From Eledone cirrhosa (taxonomy: Eukaryota), in NCBI GenBank assembly GCA_964016885.1, contig OZ024758.1, positions 12,710,001-12,774,000 on the forward strand: 64,000 bases of DNA, read 5' to 3'. Below the pieces are notes generated by a model, which worked only from the letters and a program-made list of their open reading frames with translations, was not told where the DNA came from and did no database searches. A program made the translations under genes and the position numbers. Below are positions 56,957 through 64,000 of this stretch, piece after piece. Position 1 is the stretch's first letter; each line of letters begins with the position of its first letter.

Positions 56957-56958
<2 letters not shown>
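56783..56958 (-). mobile_element. Family B-related element truncated inside HHR stem II, with tail
   Basis: Minus strand atggctgtcacc GAAA tatata TA gcagtaataaagg (3' half of HHR), followed by a tail with gcacttcgtcgagtgct. Confidence 0.65.
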
Positions 56959-57001
<43 letters not shown>

Positions 57002-57009
<8 letters not shown>

Positions 57010-57160
57010 ATACTTTGGGAGGGTCATGTTGCCAATAAGAAACACACGCACTGGTGCGTATGTTTCTTATTGGCAACATGACCCTCCCAAAGTATAACAA
57101 TATCGGTTTCAACACACGATTTCAGATAAAGAATCTTGCTAAACAAATTCAGAAACGAAA
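57002..57160 (+). mobile_element. Fold-back+tail element family F2
   Basis: 50-bp arms (57002-57051 and 57054-57103, one mismatch), 2-nt loop, 57-bp tail; in TA. Confidence 0.88.
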
Positions 57161-57219
57161 TATATATATATATATATATATAAATGAAAGGTATAGAAAA
57201 CATTGTAGCAAAAAGAAAG

Positions 57220-57265
<46 letters not shown>

Positions 57266-57270
57266 TATAT

Positions 57271-57432
57271 AAGGAAGGAAATGTGATAAGCAACCAGGTG
57301 GACCATAGCGCACCAGAGTACTCGATACTTAGAGTAGTAGAGTGAGTAATAGGAAAAGAATCAGGACCCCGTTCAGACCTAGCTGTCGAAACGGCCAGAG
57401 CTCAGCCGTTGGGGTCCTGACTCTTTTCCTAT
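57271..57432 (-). mobile_element. F1 copy 6 (diverged, one arm partly deleted)
   Basis: Tail plus aggaaaagaatcaggacccc .. ggggtcctgactcttttcct. Confidence 0.85.
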
Positions 57433-57500
57433 ATATATATATCTATATATGTATATATATATATGATAGACTATATATAAATATATTTATATCTGAATTT

Positions 57501-57658
57501 TTAACCGCTGGTTAATCAATGATAAACATTGATTGCCAAATAAATTAACTATGGAGATATAAAAAATACAGAAGCGAAAACCAACCAAACTGTTAGTGTG
57601 TTCTGTTATTATTTCTGGCAATATCATAACAATATGACGCTCCCCAAGTATACCAATA
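57501..57658 (+). mobile_element. F2 body copy
   Basis: Homologous to 8031-8188; ends atatgacgctccccaagtataccaata, like the long arm of the 57002 element. Confidence 0.8.
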
Positions 57659-57844
57659 TATATATATATTTATATATATAGAGAGAGAGAGTGAGGGAGA
57701 GAAAGATAGAGTTAACATATGCAGAATAATCCGTGATTCAACCCCCTCCTCCCCTCTCTCTTTTTATTTCCACCAAGGTTAAATATATGTTTATGTAAAC
57801 TCATTGAGTCTACATACAAGTTTTATCTTTCTATTCTCTAATCT

Positions 57845-58050
57845 AAAGCCTCTTTGGATCACGGAAGCTCATCAGAATGGTGCTTATCACGGTTTCCATG
57901 GCATGAAGTGATTGGAAGCACAAGACTCCCTCACCCTGGACAGCACGCCAGTCCATCGCAAGATTAAACTCCCACCTATTGCTGGTACTTAGTTCCAGCT
58001 GAGTATATTGGAACAACGTGAAAAAATGAAGAGTTTTGCTTAAGACCACA
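57845..58050 (-). mobile_element. Remnant of a different SINE family with CORE-like and V-domain-like segments
   Basis: Minus strand tgtggtcttaagcaaaac..cagctg..taccagc..tgcgatggactggcgtgctgtccaggg..cttcatgccatggaaacc; domain names recalled from memory. Confidence 0.55.
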
Positions 58051-58098
58051 AATTAGATATTTCGTTGAGGCTCATCACAAGAAGAAGGGCAAGAGCAC

Positions 58099-58162
<64 letters not shown>

Positions 58163-58670
58163 TGGTTCCTTGCATACCATTTCTCCCCGCCAACATCTCT
58201 CTCTCTGAGTTTCCTCTTTGTTGTGGTGCTGAATTTCATAAAATCAAGATGTCTGCGACAATTTTCATGCTGGTTGGTGGTGATGATGTTGTTGAGGATA
58301 ATGAGAATGTAGTGGTGGTGATAGTGGTGGTGATGATGGTGATGATAAGAAGAATGTTGAGGTGGTGGTAGTGGTGGTGGTGGTGGTGGTGGGGTGTGAT
58401 GTGTTTGTTGTTGGTGTTGGTGTTGGTGGTGGTGATGATGTTTTTGTTTTGTTGTTGTTGATGCTGATGGTGCTGGTGAAGGTGGAGGGGATGGTGGTGA
58501 TGGTGGAGGGGCTGGTGGTGTTGGTGATGGTGGAGGGCCTGGTGGTGCTGGTGATGGTGTGTTAGGAGCAGGGGGCGGGGGGTAGAAGTAGGAAGAGAAT
58601 TGGGAGAAGATGAGTCGGACATCTTCCCATCAATTACCACATTCATCAACACCACAACAAAACAACCATC

Positions 58671-58704
<34 letters not shown>

Positions 58705-59523
58705 AACATCTCTCTCCCCTTTCATTCACTCACTATCTCCCACTTTAGCTCTCTCCCACTCCACCCTCTCCACCCCTCTCTCTATAACTATATCTCTCAC
58801 CTTCTCTCTAACTCTCTCTTCCTCGTTACTGGTGCTGAAAATCATAAAAACAAGATGTCTGCGACTCTCTTCGTTCATTGACCAGTTAGATAGATAGATG
58901 AGTGTATGTGTCAGTTTGACACTAAATACTGTTTTAAAACTAAGGTCGAGAGTTGCCCAGACGGCTTGACGTCAAAGAGGGACCACCTACGGAGTTTGTT
59001 GTGTGTGTTTTTTTAACTTTATGTACATATATAAATATATTATTCTTCTTTATTGTACTTTTTGAAAGAATCATTTTAAAGAACCATTAATTCTTGTAGT
59101 TTAGCCCCAGGAAAGTCCTGATAGACAAATCTATGATGAAAGATTTCGCTGACAAAACAAAAAAAAATATATATATATGAAGGGAACGTTCTGCATACTA
59201 AATACAAACCCAGAAGGATCTCGAATATGTAATATAGAGGGTTGAAGAACTTCGGTCTCTTGTGATTATCCAAGCAAGACTATACAGTTGTACTCTTATT
59301 GTATATTTGTCTATATATAAGTCTACTATCTCCGATATTTCTTTCCTTTTTTAAGTCAGTAGGGAGTGGTTTCAAGGATTTTGGTCCCTAATTTTAGCAG
59401 GTCGAGCAATCATGTAAAAAGGTCTTGTGTACTTGGCCACCACTTCAATACGAGTCAACGAAGAAGCCATTACACACACACACACATACACACACACATA
59501 CACACACATATATATATCTAAGA

Positions 59524-59612
<89 letters not shown>

Positions 59613-59640
59613 TATATACACACACGCATATATTGTATCT

Positions 59641-59700
59641 TAACCTGCTATAAATAGCAGCTAAATCTTCCTCAAACTACACACTACCATCTTTAGAAAT
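59641..59700 (-). repeat. Short interspersed repeat (LINE/SINE 3'-end-like); other copies at 62223-62278 and 62431-62483
   Basis: Shared ttgaaggagatttggctgctatttctaataggt-type motif. Confidence 0.55.
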
Positions 59701-59956
59701 AAAGGGAACATTACTTTTCGTATAAGGAAGTGTATGGTCGATACGTTTGCTGTATGATGGAGAATGTAAAGGCAGACTGCGAGAATTAGGGAGACATTTA
59801 GTGCCATATATAACTATAACCAAATGTTAAACAAGGTTCAATGATTATTCAATAAATACAGTTTTACAATAGATTAAAAGCACTCAACAACCGTTTTCTG
59901 GAGTTATTAATATCATTCAAAATATTAATAAATGGATACATTCACATAATTTAATA

Positions 59957-60026
59957 TATGTTTTATTATATATATTTCGGAGGTACTGTGTTGCTTTTTC
60001 AGTACGTCCTCATCAGATAAAATACA
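59957..60026 (-). ncRNA. Type I hammerhead ribozyme (family E, intact)
   Basis: tattttat CTGATGA gga-c-gtactg-(11 nt)-cagtac-c-tcc GAAA tatata TA ataaaaca. Confidence 0.85.
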
Positions 60027-60148
60027 TAAATTGATGCATGACATACCTCAACTGTGCTGATGGTTCAATTCCAGTCTGCCAAGACTGGAATTGAACCAAG
60101 GCGGAATTGAGCCATCAGCACAGTTGAGGTATGTCATGCATCAATTTA

Positions 60149-60218
60149 TGTATTTTATCTAATGAGGACGTACTGAAAAAGCAACACAGTACCTCCGAAA
60201 TATATATAATAAAACATA
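60149..60218 (+). ncRNA. Mirror copy of the family E hammerhead with core G5A (CTAATGA), predicted inactive
   Basis: Same as the left-arm HHR except A at 60161. Confidence 0.7.
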
Positions 60219-60547
60219 TATTTTGATTATGTGAATGTATCCATTTATTAATATTTTGAATAATATATATATATATAAAACCATCTTTCTCTATTTCACA
60301 CACACATGCATGTATATGCATACCCATACTCTGTGGTACTGGCCACACAAAATTTAAATATTGTTGTCATTGTTATTGTTGGTGCTGATGGTGATAATGG
60401 TGGTGTGGTTGTGGATGTATTGGTGATTTGGCCTCGATCAGTCTTGATCGAATAAACATGATCTAATGTGTTTTAATCATGACTATACTATCGTTTATTT
60501 TTCTTTCTTAAATACATAGTAAATAGTGTATCTTAAATATTATAATC

Positions 60548-60733
60548 CGTGGATTGGCAGTATCAGTAGTGGGTCGGACGCCATGCTTTCCAGCATAGTT
60601 ACGTCCCTTTACGATCTGAGTTCAAATCCCGCCGAGGTTGACTTTGCCTTTCATCCTTACGGGGTCGATAAAATAAAGTACCAGTAATACACTGGGTTAT
60701 TGCTGGCCTTGTGCCTAAAGTAGAGACAATTAA
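60548..60733 (+). mobile_element. Main SINE, short subfamily, well preserved
   Basis: A box, B box gagttcaaatccc, body and 3' end intact. Confidence 0.93.
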
Positions 60734-62668
60734 TATCCGAAGTTCCCGTCCTCTTGTTTTACATTGTAGTATACAATTTGAGCGAAATTTGGGAGGTAAT
60801 TTTGGCAAATTGAGCGAATACGTCATGGATACCTCGTTGGTTAACTTAGATATTGATTTATTAAACAATAAATTGACAGATTTAGAAGAACAAGAAGAAG
60901 AATTGAACTGAAATGTATAAAAGCACTGGAGTAATTCCAGCAGAGAATCTGAAAATTGGGTCGCAAAATAATCAGACACCCACTCACCCATCTATCTTCA
61001 CACGTATCCCCCACTTGTCTTATTGCGACGGTAAAATAAGATACGAGTTGAAAATATTTTATGACTTCATCTAAATATTGAAGATGTGTTTATATGGTAG
61101 TTATTGCTGTTTATTGTACATCAATCTTATTCTATGGAGTCACATTGATGACATAAAAACGATAACGAATATAGACTGTGAACAATAACAACATCTTTAG
61201 AAACAGTTTGAATTCTATGTCGTATAATTTGAGAAAAAAAAAATTTATTACCCAAATCAAATGAAGAAATGAATTCTGAATAGAACGTATATAGTAATTT
61301 GAGAAATTATATCAAAACCATAAGGAACTTTAATTACAAGAGAGGAGACAATACTAAAGAGATTGTCTTGTAAGTCACAGAATTTTAACAAACATATGGA
61401 GATGAGTTTCTAGGTGTTGGTGTTACTGTTACTGTTGGTGATGATGATGTTTTTTAATGTTGTTGTTTGATTATTTAGAACAAAATCAAAGGCGTTCATG
61501 TCGTAATTATTCCGCCATTATTTGTGTAATGTATCCAGACTTATATTACGCTGAATATAATACCCCACGCCCGTTCTTTCTTTTAAAAAGCAACGATTCT
61601 TTCTTGAGACATTCGAATCACATGTCCTTACCGTCATTTTTCCAACTTGAAAAAGATTTGTTTTAAATGTATTAACTGCTATTTCAACAAGTCGACAAAG
61701 TTGTTGGAGCGTCAAATAAATTATCCCATGGTAATTGTTCTGGCTTTCTGAATTCAAGTCCAAGGACAAGTTTCCCTTTCCGCATTTAGGAGTCGATAGT
61801 TAAATTACTCATCTACTTAAATTACTCATCTACTCAGCTGTGGACTAGCGGGTATTTTAATACAACGAACAAGATGTCCAGTGGTATTTTTCTGGCTCCT
61901 TGCCCTCTGAGTTGAAATTCTTCTCAGAGTTTTAAATTCCAACTCCTCATCAATGAGTTTGACAAAGCAGATCACGACAGACTGTAGCATCCAGTCCCAT
62001 CTATCTACAATTAGATAGACATCCTATCGTCTCCAAACAGTTGTGACATAATACCTTTGAAGACCACTCACTTTGGATGTGATCGAACTTGCGTTGTTCT
62101 CCACAATAACAAAACTCCCTAGTGAATCTTCCCAGGATTTTAGAAAACTTGGAGCAAACACATAACTAGGATTAAAGACATACCGACGAGATTCGTACAC
62201 AGAATATTATCTAATGCGTCCCTCTTTAAGACTGTTGGTGAGCTTTGAAGGAGATTTGGCTGCTATTTCTAATAGGTGGTTAATGGATACAGTCATTATT
62301 GTTGGCAGTTGTTTTGAATCATGTCTATACTATTAAAGCAGGGCTATAATGAAAGGTGTTCCGGTTGTGGCTATCACATTAAAAACAAATATTGTTCATA
62401 TGACAAAATCTAATGAACTACTCGGGTGTTTAAAACAGTAAGGTGTGATCTAAAAGAAATTTAACTACTAAGTTTAGCAGGTCTACCACAACATTGAGCA
62501 CCCCGTCCCTTCAGATGGCCCAGCGATATCCACCGTTAGCTCATGGTTGGCTGGGTAACTGGTCGGGTATATAGTTGGCTGGCTGGTCGGGTAGTTAGTT
62601 GGCTGGCTGGTGTATTTTTATCAAGTCTGCTGTTGTCCAGCCGAACTGTGTGAAGACACGCCTTCTAT

Positions 62669-62724
62669 ATTTTTGTTACTGTAGTTACTATAAGGTGATA
62701 TACTCTCTCACTCTCACTCACTCC

Positions 62725-62755
<31 letters not shown>

Positions 62756-63072
62756 ACTCTCACTCTCACCCCCTCTCTCTCTCGCTGCCCCTCTCTATGT
62801 TAGTATATATTTTAGATTTCTCTCTTCTTCCCCTCTGTTATTATATATAGTTATATGTTGTATTGTGTTGTTTATTTTTGTTACTGTAGTTACTATAAGG
62901 TAATATTCTCACTCTGTCTCTCTCTCTCTCATTCTCTCTCTCACTCTCTCGTTCTCACCCTCTCTCTCTCTCTCTCGCTTCCCCTCTCTATGTTAATATA
63001 TATTCTAGAGTTCTCTCTTCTTCCCTTCTCTTATTATATATAGTTATATGTTGTGTTATGTTGTTTATTTTC
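62669..63072. repeat. ~206-bp tandem duplication containing (CT)n
   Basis: tttttgttactgtagttactataaggt and ttattatatatagttatatgttgt each occur twice. Confidence 0.85.
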
Positions 63073-63288
63073 CTTCAGACGTGGAGGAACTGGGCGACAT
63101 GTTTTTCTATTGTTTTCACCAGTTCTTAAGCCTTGCCCTATATTGTTGACGTCACAGATAAAAACAGCCAATGAAATATTAGATAACAAAACAGCTCTCG
63201 CTTGAACACCACGTCCACCCTCATCACCAAACACTCACTTATAATCTTGAAAGAATCAACTAATAAACGTCATCGTTATTTCTAAGTA

Positions 63289-63363
<75 letters not shown>

Positions 63364-63571
63364 CTGTGTGTCTGTGTATGTAAATTATTTTCATAGATAC
63401 GTATACGCACTCATATATACACATACAAGTATATACAAATGCACATATAACGTATTTAAGTACATACATACATATATACATACACACATACATACATATA
63501 TATACATATAGATACACACATATATATATACAGAGTTGATGTGTGACTTTTTGTGAGTTTGGATGTATGTG

Positions 63572-64000
<429 letters not shown>

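Larger units (their letters stand above)
59812..60261 (-). mobile_element. Long fold-back+tail element family E with an HHR in each arm
   Basis: Arms 59915-60072 and 60103-60261, nested apex hairpin 60061-60098, unpaired tail ~59812-59914; right end abuts TA. Confidence 0.9.

Noticed and set aside
57860-57875. ctgatgag on the minus strand
   Set aside because: Part of a SINE 3' region, with no downstream GAAA or stems.

Overview
This is repeat-dense, AT-rich eukaryotic DNA with no convincing host gene; the SINE family and extreme microsatellite load suggest an octopus/coleoid cephalopod (inference, not verified). Almost all long ORFs in the track are artefacts of (TA)n, (CA)n, (GA)n, (GTT)n, (CAC)n and (GAT)n tracts. 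Recognisable elements are about 15 tRNA-derived SINE copies, fragments of four non-LTR retrotransposon types (R4/Dong-like, Tx1-like, two RTE-like), two Tc1/mariner-type MITEs and several minisatellites, two of them derived from retroelements. The main signal is a set of short non-coding elements inserted in (TA)n tracts. Several carry minimal type I hammerhead ribozymes (HHR): seven well-formed motifs from five families, plus mutated copies. Several form a fold-back palindrome followed by an unpaired tail, and unrelated families share an ACTC..GAGT(G/A)CT stem-loop in that tail. This looks like a community of non-autonomous Penelope-like/retrozyme elements. Also notable are a 457-bp palindrome with a tRNA-like Pol III head in each arm, and an RTE insertion with a twin-priming inversion and a 14-bp target-site duplication. 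Everything was read by eye; no searches or folding programs were run and boundaries are approximate.
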